Origin: Eledone cirrhosa
Taxonomy: Eukaryota
Reading direction: 5' to 3'
NCBI GenBank assembly: GCA_964016885.1
Contig: OZ024742.1
Location: forward strand, 319,300,001-319,364,000
Length of the DNA: 64,000 nt
Shown here one piece after another: positions 48,386-61,300 of the stretch (within the stretch, counting starts at the first letter, position 1; the number at the start of each line of letters is the position of its first letter). Under the pieces are notes generated by a model. The model searched no databases and was not told the origin of the DNA. It worked only from the letters and a program-made list of their open reading frames with translations. The position numbers and the translations under genes are program-made.

Positions 48386-50698
48386 TTCCTATTTTGTAGA
48401 ATATTTTTTTCTTTTACATCGCTGAACTCATTCAATTAAATAAATTGAAATAAGATAATGGTTTTATAGAGAAAGGGTGCAGCTTAATAAAAAAAAATGT
48501 TTGAATGTATGGATTTCTATTCTGTGCATTATTTCTTTTCTTTTTTTTTATTTGAAAAGAGCTATATAATTTAATTATCAATTATTTGTAAAAAATATGC
48601 AATTATCAAATATGTTCTCTACTCCTTTATATTAGTGACATTACCAGATATGAAGACGTATGATAAACATTTTTATAGAAGAGATAAGTGCTTTGATGTT
48701 ACAAATACTATATTTGAATCTTCAAATACTATATGTATAGTTAGTTATAAAGTGAATTGTTACATTCTGGCCATTAACATTTATCAATTCTCTGGAGACC
48801 TTTTAACTAAAGTTGGGCCTTATATAACATCAGAAAAGTTATAAATTGATTATATCAGACATATAATATAAAATGCCGTTCACCAGGGAAATCTTCAGGA
48901 GTATAAGTATCTTCAACCTTTCCATCAGTGTTATTGGTTTGTCTTTTAATGAAAAATATGAAAGAGATATTACTAGAGAAAAAGATGACAGCTGCCTCAA
49001 TCCAATATTTTGATTAAGAACAAATAGAATATTAATATCACAGCAAAAATATAAACTCTTTTTGTCAGTATCGTAGATTTGCTTGGTTTTTAAATGATTA
49101 AGTCATTCTAATTTATTACTAATTGAATGAATATTAATTACCCTGAGAACCTAAACTCAGAAATATATTTCTAATGCTATATAATGAATGCTTGACAGTA
49201 ATTTTCTTCTAAATTGTTTGTCATAAATTTGGAGGAGATTTATATCTAAAAAAGGCATTGGTATTATTATTATTGTAAGAGTTTATGTGACCAATTCTAC
49301 AGAAAAGTAAGCAACCAGTGTGGTTTGTATTTTGTTATTAATGCTATTGGGAATGCAGAATTTGTAAGGACAGATTCCATTGAAACATGGAAAAACTATT
49401 TTGAATATCCACAACTCTTCCAATATCTTCATTATTGCTATCTTGTTTTAACACAACTTCATGTGGTCGTGCTGGTGAAACGATGAAAATATTCCCAGTA
49501 CAACTTGTCAGATGGTCATTTTGGTGTTACAATCCACACTGTAAATGTGGTTGGCATTAGGAAAGGCATCACACCATAGAAACCAAGCCAGAAATAGTTC
49601 TGAGTAAGACATAATCACCTGTTCTGATTTGTCTCACGAGACAACTCATCTAACCCATGCTAGCATGGAAAATGGACATTAAACAGTGATGATGGTCATC
49701 ATTTATAACACAATTACATTCATTTCATCATTTCATTTTACATCCGCTTTTTCCCTGCTTGCAAGGGTGGGACGGGAACTGATGCTGGCTTGAATTCTAC
49801 AGCTGGATGCCCTTCCTAACACCAATCTCATTTTACAGTGAGTGCTTGGTGCTTTTTTTGCCGTGGCACCTCCACGACCACTTTGCAGTGGAATGATATG
49901 GACCCCAGTCCCTATCATCTCATTTCTACAGTTGAGTAAACTGGAGCAATGTGAAATAAAGTGTCTTGCTCAAGGAAACAACACATCACCCGGTCTGAGA
50001 ATTGAACTCACAACCTTTCGATTGCAAGGCCAATGCTCTAACCACTAAGCCATTGATTGCTGTTGTGATATAACAAAATTATAGGATGTCCTACAAACTA
50101 CCTTGGCCTGTATTGTTATATCTCTTCACATTCTGATCGAAATAAAATTAAAGATTGTATAAAAGTGAAATATAGCTTTTCAAAATTTTTTATTTTGTTT
50201 CAAGATCTCAAAAAACTGGACTAGTCAATGTGAACAAAAACATAGCTATTCATCATTTAATGTCCATTTTTCATAATGGAGTGATTGGACAGGTTTTCAC
50301 AGACAAAGCCAATACTTAATTGAAGATAATCTTCCCAGAGAAGCTGAGGATCACATCTTGCTTACTTATCTTTTGATTTTGGAGAGGATTCTATTGTATG
50401 TCATAAATTATGAACATGTAGACTATTAAAAGCTGATTTAAATAAAACTTCTTGGTAGTAATTTTGGTGGAGCAATATATTAGTAACTCACTTTTAGAAT
50501 AGGTACACCATGTCTTTGTGTACTGTATAAAGTAAAAAGGCTAAGTGACAGGAAGAATACCCAGCTTTAAAATATCTCAGAAAAACCATCCAAAATATTG
50601 GATGTAAAATATTTATACATATTAAATGATTCCATGAAAATTAGAAGCAACTATCAAATATTAAAACCTAATGACCTTTTAAATATTTTATTTATAAA

Positions 50699-51222
50699 CT
50701 AGCTGATGTATCCAGCTTCACCCGGGTAAACAGATGATAAGAGAAAACAGGTAGAAAAGAAAACGACTGTATTGGATGTTTGTCTGGTTTAATGTGAGGC
50801 GAGACCATGGTGTGTGTGTATGTACAAAAAAATAGATAAACAGTAAAACATCTTTGATACACCAGATTCTTCGTTTTACCATTCATGCATAGTATAAGAA
50901 GATTTCTAAGTATTCCCACTCGTGAACAACGTACATATAACTGTCCATGGGTAAAAACTGATTCTCTCATATTCAATCCTACAACTTTAAGACTCTGACC
51001 CTAAGCTTTATTTATGGTCATAGCAAAACTGGCTTGGTAGAGAAACGGATGTGCAGAATCTTGGGAATAAATATATTTTCTCCTTCATGATTGCCTCCAA
51101 GAATAGTGACTTCTAGGAGTTTCATCATCTGCCTGAGAGTTAAGCATGTGCCATCACATAGACAAGGCTGGTCCAGGTTTCTCAAAAGGATGATGGGAAT
51201 TCCAATCTTTTATATATATAAA
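50699..51222 (-). mobile_element. Non-autonomous Helitron
   Basis: CTAG end with adjacent imperfect hairpin; tatatatataaaag other end (TC mutated). Confidence 0.6.
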
Positions 51223-52479
51223 TGTATGTATGTGTGTGTAAACCAGCATTCAAATCGGACACTGGCCACAAAATATGATCATCACTGACAATGAACGTGC
51301 AGAGAGCATCCCTTATGGTTGTCTCCCAACCTGCTAGAAATAGCAGTCAGGTTGGTTAGCATACCTGGGATATTTTTCTTCTTTGATGTTATACAGTTAG
51401 TATCAATAAACCTTCCTGGATATACTCTTATTCCATTGCTGTACTTACTTTTCAATTGTCAGTTGTTTTGGTTTTTGTGTGATGCATGAAGAAACCAACC
51501 AACCAATAAATATCTTTTATATTATGCACACACACACATTACAGTTTTTAATTACATATATACAACACAAAATAAATCTAATGACTGAAATACCAAAATC
51601 GAATACTTTACTGATAATTCAAGGATAAACACATTTTTTTGTAAAATTCCTTCTTTAGTTCTCTCAAACTTTTACAAATGTTTATAGTATCTTTACTAGT
51701 GGACAGAACGTCATAAAAATTTGCAGTAAATTAAAATAAGGACTTTGTTTAATGTGATGCAGTTGTAGTACTGTTTTGTACCTTTCAAGAATGTCTTGTT
51801 AATGTGGTTTCAATGGTACAAGGCATTAAGAGTTAAGGCAACCCAAAACATAACAAGGCTGAAGCTTTGTAAAAGCCTTCATGAGTATCACTTAATACTT
51901 CAGTAAGATGAGACATTAACAATGGCAACCGAGTTACTGTGGTAATCAAAGCAATCAACATTCAGTTGATACATTTCATGAAGACACTCAGAATAGAGGG
52001 CCTTGCCATATTAACTCGATTCCCCCATATGCAGCAGTCCTGACTATAAAAAGCAATGGAATCAGATTCATCTAGACTAAATAAACCAGACAAAGGATCA
52101 ATCCAATCACCAGAAAATTTAACACTCACAGAGATTAAGCAGCACTTTGACTACTGATCAGAAAGAGTTAAAAATGCTTTGACTGGGGTTCCGCCAAAAG
52201 GAGTAAGGCTCTTTTCACAATCTTCATAGTAAAACTGACAAGTTTCATAAAGGTTCATTATTTTTAATTGTTATTTATCATATCAAAATAGTCTATTTCT
52301 TGTCCTGCTTAAAGCAACATAAAACCAGTTTGCTATCCCATGTAGTATGATAATCACCTACCTCATCCTTCCAATCACTATTTGTTGTTTGACAGCCTCC
52401 TGCTTCAACACTATCTCTTTAGCATGATTAATTAAATACATAAGCTAAATTAATATATGCAGATTAATAAATGAAAATG

Positions 52480-52665
52480 AGGCCAAGGAAGATCAGAAAG
52501 GACTTGGATGGATGTCCATCAGGATCAAACTAGGCTTGGCCTGGCCCAAGTGAGACCAGCAGACAGAAACACATGGAGAGGGATGCTAAGGAGCGCTGGC
52601 AGACAGGACCCACCCCTACTTAGAGATTGTGTCCTGCATAATCAAAAACTGGAGGATGATGATGA
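52480..52665 (+). mobile_element. Short degraded LINE 3' fragment
   Basis: GR..RTW.D / DR.TWR C-terminal motif ending in gatgatgatg. Confidence 0.5.
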
Positions 52666-55600
52666 AAGTATAGAAACTGCTATATTTCATGCCCACATAA
52701 ATATACAATACAAATGGTGAAGTAAAATTTAATCACACTGGTATAACCAGTGCTTGATCCTATCAAAAAAATATTGGTAAATTGAAATGCCCATCACATG
52801 CATACTTTTGATTTTGTGTGAAGATATCACATACAATAGTATATATAGAATAATGTAAATGCTAAAGGGTTAGATAACTACTAATTCATGGTTTTATAGT
52901 AGTATTTAAAAATAAATTTCTGATCCAGAAATATTTAATTGTGTGTCTATTCTTGACTACATATTTATTAAATCAAGTTAAGATTAAAATTTGTCCAGTG
53001 ATTCTTTCCTTAGACATTCTGACCACATGTCCATAGTACTGTGCCATGTAGTATTTTCTCTTACCTGTAAATCTGTGTAATTGATATACAAATCAAAATA
53101 AATGATATTCCACCATCTTCAAACAAAATGTTTCTTGCATTCTCACAAGGCCACAAATACAAGCAAATAAATAAATAAATAAAAGACAGAATCAGGTCAT
53201 ATCATTTTTATTAATAAAATGGACAGAGATTTGGAAAATAAATATTTGATAAAAAAATATACATAGCATAGAGTCATCATTTATTAGCACAAAACTGTCA
53301 TTTGTACCAGTGGTTTTAAAATTTGTTTCTCCATATTACAATGGATCAAGGTTGGACTTCTCTGCAATACAGTATCCTAATCCTGTGATATAATGTGAGG
53401 CTCAATATTCTCTAGTCTGATTTAATTACTTTTCTTGAAGATACTTTGTCCATTAATATGTGACCTAATTTATCCCCATGTACCCTCTACCACAAGCACT
53501 CCTTAACTATTCTCCCTATCACTACACCCTCCCTCTAGAACCACTCCTTAGCTACTGCCTCTTCTAAAGCCTTAGATACACTCACTATCGCACTCTTGTA
53601 ACCACTCTCCCTACCCATAATCCCTCTCTCCATTACTATACCTCCCATGCAGTATTGATCACAACATCCACATCTCTCTGTACTATCAGTCACCTCTTCC
53701 CCATTCATCATCAAATCCCACCACACTATCTCCCATCTCCTCTGCAACCCACAGAGCAGAGAGAGCTCTTCAGTTGGGACAATGACTAACCTCTTGTGTT
53801 GGTGCTACAAAAATGCACTTGGTACACATTGTAAAGTGGTTAGCAACAGAAAGGGCACCCTGCTGTAGAAACAATGCTTAAAAGGGTTGAAAGGGCCCTT
53901 TAGTTGTGTCAACAGTGCAGCAACCATGATAAACACATCTAGTACACACTGCAAAGCGGTTGGTGATGGGAAGGGCATCCAGCCATAGAAAGCTTGCCAA
54001 ATAAAAGATTGGGAGGCCTCTTCAGGTGTGTGATGACTTCTCTTGTGCTGGTGCTCCGATAAAATCACTCGGTAGAATGTGGGTCTGTATGTCAGCGTGA
54101 TGCAGAGTCCCCCACCCCAGCCAGTCTGGGAGGTTAGTAGCCCCACTTCAGTATTGGCTTGGTCTGTGAAGATCTGTCCAACCTTTGTCAGCAGAGACAG
54201 CTGACATTAAATGATGATGATGATGATGATGATGGTATAAAGAAAGCATTTTTTGTTATCTTAGGTGTTGACCAGGTCTATAATCTATACTAGTTAAGAT
54301 ACTATTTTAAAACCAGTCTGCTCTAAATGTCATCTCCAGACAATCAGAATTTCTTATCTGGGAATAAGTAGTAATATACTCAAGTTTTTTCTAAAAACAT
54401 TGTAAAACAAAATGTTTAAAAAGCTGGAATTGAAGGTGCTGTAGGTTTGGATTACTTGGAGCTTATTTTCTAATCTCTTTTAGGGTATTAGATATGCAAA
54501 TACAGGTTTTCTTCTTGAGAAAAAATATAACCCAATATAGATTGGAAGTATTATGGAAGTATTGTCAATACAATCAAATACTGTGAATATGATTTCTATA
54601 TTGATCTAAAGATATTAAACTATCAATATTTTATTTTTTGAAAATACATAGCTGAACTGCCACAACTGAGGAAAATTATCACACCTGGCTTGGCTTAATT
54701 TAAGCAAAGCAAAATAGACTTTGTACAGTTGCTTGAAAGAAAAGGCTTTGTGGAAAAAGCTTAGACATATCATGCTACTTTAACCACCTAATAATTGACA
54801 GAGTTAAAATTAACTTCTACAGTTTACTTTAGCATATTTTTTTTTTAAAAGCATGATGCCATCAGAAGTAAAAAATAAATTTTACATACCTTTCAACGTT
54901 GTTCAGTCTATTTTTCTTCTTCAGATAGTATATCTAGAACAACATTATTTGATGTATTCTTCTTTTCTACTGGATGTGCTACAAGGGTGATTTGACATTT
55001 CTACCAGGTCAATTAGTATCCCAATCCAGTTTAACATGCATGTAGTAATTATTCTATAATTTTCTATTTTTTCATTATTTAAATCAAATTTCATCTAACT
55101 AACAATCAAATTTGTCACAAGAGAATCATCTTCAATGCTGGATTTTGAAGGTCTCTAAATGAAACTATGCCATATATTTCTATAAACAAAAATTGAGAAA
55201 AAAAGACTGAAGATGAACAAAGCTTGATTTTTGATAAATGACAAAATTAATTACCTTATTCAGATAAATCTACGGAACAATTGTCAGTATAAGCCTTTTA
55301 TATGTGCTAGACCCCTAGATTCTTTGTAAATATCTGCCTTGGAAGATTACCTGTTATCATAGAAACCAATAAACATGCCAAAAGTCTACCTCCTTCTACG
55401 AGATGTGGTATGATAGCTCGTAACTCCTGAAGGAGTTGCAGGGGCATTGTAGTGACATACAGCATTTCAAGCCCTCTCCAGGTCTGAACACAACAGATTT
55501 CTTCCAGAGGAGGCTTGAGAGAGAGAGGGAAAATAAGAGATATAAACGTCAAAGTTAAGCTCAGAGAGAGAGAAGAGAGCCAGAACGAATACCACAAACA

Positions 55601-56559
55601 TTCTATCTGACACCAAATTGCCTCATGAGAAGCATTGCTAAAAAAAAAAAAACTCTAATAAGATTATTCATTATTTCAATTTCTTAGACCGATATTCAAT
55701 TTTCTTAATTGTTGTTTTTGGCAACGACTTATAAATATTATTGATTTATTAGACCTGTTTCTTGAATGTTCATATTTCTAAATAATTCCTGAACTGAGCA
55801 TGAAACCTAACCACTCTTCAGATATTTCACTTAAGGTTTATGTAACCACTTAAATTATTGTTTTACCAACCCAACTCAAGCCAGCATGGATGGTGGACAT
55901 AAAATGATGTTGATGAATGCCATATTTAAAAAGAAAAACAAGAGAGGGTATACATAAGCACATATGACAGAGTAGTATAGAAGTTTGCTTCAGAATGTCA
56001 TGGTCTTGGTGGCAGCTTGGACAAGTGTTTTCTACTATAGCCCAGGGTTAATCAAATACCTTGTAGTTAATTTGATAAACTGAAACTGTGAGGTCTTGTC
56101 AAACCTATATAAGCATGGAAAAGAGGATGTATAAGTGATAATGATGACTACACACAGTTCATATATATGCTAACAGAGAAAGCAGATGTTAAACAATGAT
56201 GATATGTGTGTGTGTTTTATATCCAGTTTAGAATAGGTACATCTTATCCCTATATGTCATAAGAAGAAACTAAATGGATTAGAGTCAAGAAGGGGCTATA
56301 AAATATTGCCTAAAATTCTCCCATCCAACCCTTGTCATCATGGAAAATTCACTTAAAACGATGATGGTTATATATAATGTGTGTGTCATAGGTAAATAAC
56401 CAGAAATTATAAACTCTGAAATAATGGCTATAAGAAATGAAAGAAAAGTAAAAGACTAACCCAAGTTGAATAGCGGTAAAGGTAACTATTTTTATTTCTG
56501 GTATGGAAACATCAAGAGAGTAAAGGTAACAGATTTTTACTTCTGGTAGAGGAACATCA

Positions 56560-58350
56560 AGGAAGAGAGTTACCAATGTTTTAAAATATCTCCAAAACCC
56601 ATCTGTAAAGAAGTGAAACTATAATAGATTCTATCATCTTTGTGATACAGGTGTAATATCAGGAGAGGAGGCTGTTACACAGTATCATCTAATTGTCTGT
56701 GATGTGAGGGTGAAAGGTGGAAGGAATATAAACCAAGGCTGAAGGTTAAAAGAGGCAACAGTGAGGGAAGCTCTAAAAGAGAAATTGAATATGTTAGAAG
56801 ATGACACAAACCACCTTGAGAGTGTTTGGAAGTCTTTGAAAGATGATAAGTTAGGAACTGTTGGTGATGTGGTAAATGAATAAAAGGATCATAAAGCTAC
56901 ATGGAAACATGGTGATGGAATTATGAGGTTGGAAAGAGGATTGATGAGAAAAAGGAAAGATTCAGAAGATGACAGAGAGCAGGGGTATGATAGTAGAAGG
57001 GGCAGATTGTCAGAATTACAAAACAGTCAATGAGGGGTGCAAAGAAAGAAGCAACAAAAGCACAAGAGGTACGTAGAAGAATGAGGTGTTTAGGATTGTC
57101 AGGCAGTTACCAAGAGAGAGATGTGATGTGACAGAGGTGAACTGGTTGAAAGAAGAAGTGTGAGAAATTGTTGTACACTAGAATGAAATTAAGGAAAGAT
57201 GGACGAGAAATATGGAGAAATTGTTGAAAGTGTAGAACAAATGAGATGGTAACAGAGAGCAATCCAGTTCTTGAACCAGCAAAGAGAAAGTTCGAGGAAA
57301 CATTGAGAAAGGTGGAGAGTGGCAGGACAGAGAGCCAACAAGAGTTGTAAGATATGTTGAAAGTAGCAGAAAGTTGGGGTGCAAAGAGGATGACAAGGTT
57401 GGTGGTGAAAGAAGATTATATCCTAGTGGATTGGGAATTGAGTATTCTCATCCCTGTATACAAGGAGAAAGGTAATCCTCTAGACTGTGACTCATATAGA
57501 ACAATTAAGCTATTGAAGCATGTATTGGAAAGATTGTTAGAGAAGAGGATAAGGAAAAAAGTGAAGATTGATACAATTTTTATTGTGAGGTAGTTTCTAA
57601 AGTACATAAACAAGAGGAAGTTATTTTTTTGAGGGTTTGTTGGCCTGTAAAAATATTTTGATAGTGAAGTAGTGGCATGGGCACAGAGTTAGGAGTAAGA
57701 GGAATGCACAGAGTGGGTACTTTGAAAATGTAGTGGTGTGAAAAGATTATTAAATATTGTGGCAGAAGTGAAAAGTGTATTAAGGGAGCTACACAGAGAG
57801 AGGATGTTGAGTTAAATCTTGGGAAAAGTATCAAAACCTTACCTTAGAAACATTAAATGGAGTGAAAAGATCAGACTCTGGGACAGTATCTAGAGTTGTA
57901 CATTGGAAGAAGTTCCAGGAACAATGTAGTGTGTATGCCAATGAGAATAGTGATGCTGAAACTAAAGGGAAAGGTGTATGCTGACTGTGTAAATAGTAGT
58001 GTTATGATTTTATGGGAGTGAGACATGGGTGATGGACACAGAGCAACAGAGAAGACTCGAAACAATGGAAATGAGAATGGTCCAATGGATGAGTGAAGTA
58101 TCACAGAGAGGAAGACAATGAATTGTAGAGTATGATGGGAAGAAAGCCATTGATAAATATTGTAAAGAGAAATGGAATGAAATAATTGAGTCGTGTGTTG
58201 AAGGATGAAAGGAGTGATGGTAGTTAATGTGGATGGGGAAGGCCAATAAAGACATGGTTAAAAATGGAGGATGGAATTACAGCCAGGAGTTGGTGAGGGG
58301 ACTGCAGAAGCTTATAATGGGGCCGACTTTAGCAGGGAATATGGCCTTAA
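56560..58350 (+). mobile_element. Old, heavily decayed RTE LINE
   Basis: Relics of LIPVYKEKGNPLDCDSYRTIKLL, TW.WN.EV, LKGKVY..CV and GRP.KTW; purine-rich. Confidence 0.75.
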
Positions 58351-61300
58351 AATGCTTGTTGCACGTCCAACACTAACAACTTAATAACTCAACTGTGAAG
58401 TAGAAATGGAACTCTTTTTCTTTGACAGCAGCAGGTCAAGTTAAATGCTTTGCTCTGAACATCTCACAATAGCTGTAATAAATTATAAAATTAGTCTAGA
58501 ATTTTAACCTCACCCACAGATCTAAACCCCATAATATTACTTATCTTTGATATGCTACTGTCAAATCCATTTTTACCTATTTCCAGACTTCATCTCTTCC
58601 CAAACTCAAAAATGTTCAACACCCAAAACATGATGAAGTTGCTTCTACCTTAAAAACTAAAACGTGAATCCTATTTGCTAATATACAATTTACAGACTAA
58701 AATGATTCTTTGTGAAACTGAAATGGTCGGTCTTGAATCTACCTGTCAGAATGATGACAGCTTCTGTAATGGTCTCCTCATATTAAAATATCTTGCATGA
58801 TTACTCATGCACGAAGGACAAATGTACATAATTCCACATGACAGCAACTATGATCCCTCCAGACCTAAAAATAAATAGAAAAGGAGAAAAAATTAAGATG
58901 ATATTAACATTTATTTCTTAAACTGAAGACAAAGTAATTTTCAAATGCTATGAAGTGTCCAAATAAAGAAATACCTTCAATTCATACAAAAAATATTTTT
59001 ATTATGAACCTATAGTTTAGACATTATAGAGGCAAAATTCATAGAAATTAAATTCTGATAACTCTAATGAAGAATATTTAAAACTGAAAAATTTTAATTG
59101 AAAGCATACCAGATGTTTAATGCAATTTTAGATAATTATCTGAGAGATAGAACATTGTCAATATTAACATAGTGCAAGTGCAATCTTATTGGCACAAACT
59201 TTGGTAATAGAAGTCCTGCTAAAGAAAATTTTAATAACCAATAAATATGCATTGATAACCAAAAGATTTCCAGATCGTCTTACACATTCATAGAGCATTA
59301 ATGTTTTTGTGGGGTTTTTTCAACTTAAACTATGAATAGATTTATATGCTGAAGATCTTTTATCATATTTTGTGTCTATTTTCAGTGATGATTAAAACAT
59401 CAGCAAACATTAAATATGTGTTTACATATTTTAGACAATATTTTTGTGTGAGATGTGAGTTAACAAAATTTAAATACTTTTTTCTTCTCAAGAATTTTTC
59501 TACTATAAAGTCAGGAATTATGTTTTTATAGCCGATTCAACAATATAGAATTAATGTAAATGTTTATAGGAAAATGTTCACATTGTTTAATAACCAAAAC
59601 AAGTGTTCTTGAAAACATTTCACATCAGCCCATATTGCCTTAGTAAATTAGCTCAAAATGTAATTTCTGTACTATTATTGTTTGTGGTGTTTTGTTTAAA
59701 AATACTATATTTTCTCTATTGTACAATATGATACTAGAAATCCAAGATTATAATTGTATTTTTAATGTGGTAAAGAAACAATTACTCTAATATGAATAAT
59801 CAGGGAACTAAATGTCATTTTGAGAATAGATAATTTTTGATTTAAGAAATTGCTAAATATTTTATACATTTTGAAGAAATAAACTGACAAGGAGATAATA
59901 TAAAAAAAAGGCGGGAAGGAAATAAGGTAAAAAGGTGATAGTGTGTAGGTCATTAATTAACATAATAGAAATGATTGTAATAAAAGTTGTGGAAAATGAA
60001 AAATACTCAGCAACAGAAAAAGTTTGTAAGCCTGAGAAATACTTATTGTGATATCTAATCAACATTGCCAAATCTAATCCTACCAGTGAAAGAGAAAAAA
60101 AATGTTTCCAATGCCAACAGTAAACCAAATTTAACATTGTCAGAAGTGAATTCTACAACCATGAAGAGAGAATAATCTCATTATTTGTGAGATTATTGAG
60201 TGGCAACAAAGTTTCAAAAACTTTGAAAATAGAATATGAAAAATTAAGAAATATTTAGTAACTATAAACAGGAAGAGAAACCAAAAATAGATAAAAGTGC
60301 ATGATGAGTGAATAAGAAATTGGTTAAATGAAGAATGCAAATTAAATAAGTGACATTATGAGGTTATAGCCAATGTGAATGCATCATTTAGGCATATTCA
60401 GCATGGATTGGAAATATATTTACCCAAGAGAATTCACTGCAGTATTGGTTGAATGACTTGGTAGGTAGCTTAATTGCCATAAGGAAATCTAATGAATCTC
60501 AAAGATCACATTAGAATATTTTTAGTGTCACAAGTTTACAACCACTCTTATGGAATATTTCAGTATTTATAGACATTTTTCCTGAAGTATTTCTAGATGG
60601 TAAAATTTAGAGTCAGGTGCTAGACATGAGCAAATATTTTGCAGAAGCCATTATTTGATGCATGATATTCTGAGAAACCAGGGCAGAGTTAATACGTACA
60701 GTGGAAAATGAGGCACAAGAAGATATCTTCTACTCTTCATACTGCTTCTCCAAGCCCACATGGCAGAATCCAACTTATGTATGCAGATGGCCTGGTTCTC
60801 AATGCTGGAAGTGCTGCAGAAGTTTGAGAGCTGGAAACAGAATCTGGAATCAAAACGTCTACGAAGGAACATGGTAAAGTGACAAAGACCTTCATAGTGC
60901 AACATAAGCGAGGCTCACTTTGCTCGGTATGTTGAAAGAAAAGAAGTCTACTGTAATTTCAATCACTGCTGGAAACACACCTTTTTGGAATGCATACATT
61001 GACAAATTCCTAAATACCAGTCAATGAGTTATGGATATAGTCTGTAAAAAAAGCAATTATTAAGGCTTACTTGATCAAGAGAATATGAACCAGATGACAA
61101 CTAGTTAAGAATACATATAGCAGCTAGAAGAAATTTTAGTGGTGTTCTGTAGTTATTTACAAAAGCAGCCTAAAAAGGATTTCAAGTAATAGAAGTAATG
61201 AAAATGGGAGAGAAAAAACAAAGGAGTTTACAATGATTGGAATAGAAAAAGATTCACTTAGTATATATAGTTAAATGTAATATGAGAAAACTGAGGTTTT

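Noticed and set aside
48635-48844. Possible plus-strand exon of a gene divergent from PPIE
   Set aside because: Has an acceptor-like site but no recognisable protein, donor or further plus-strand exons; splice signals in 49-64 kb point to the minus strand
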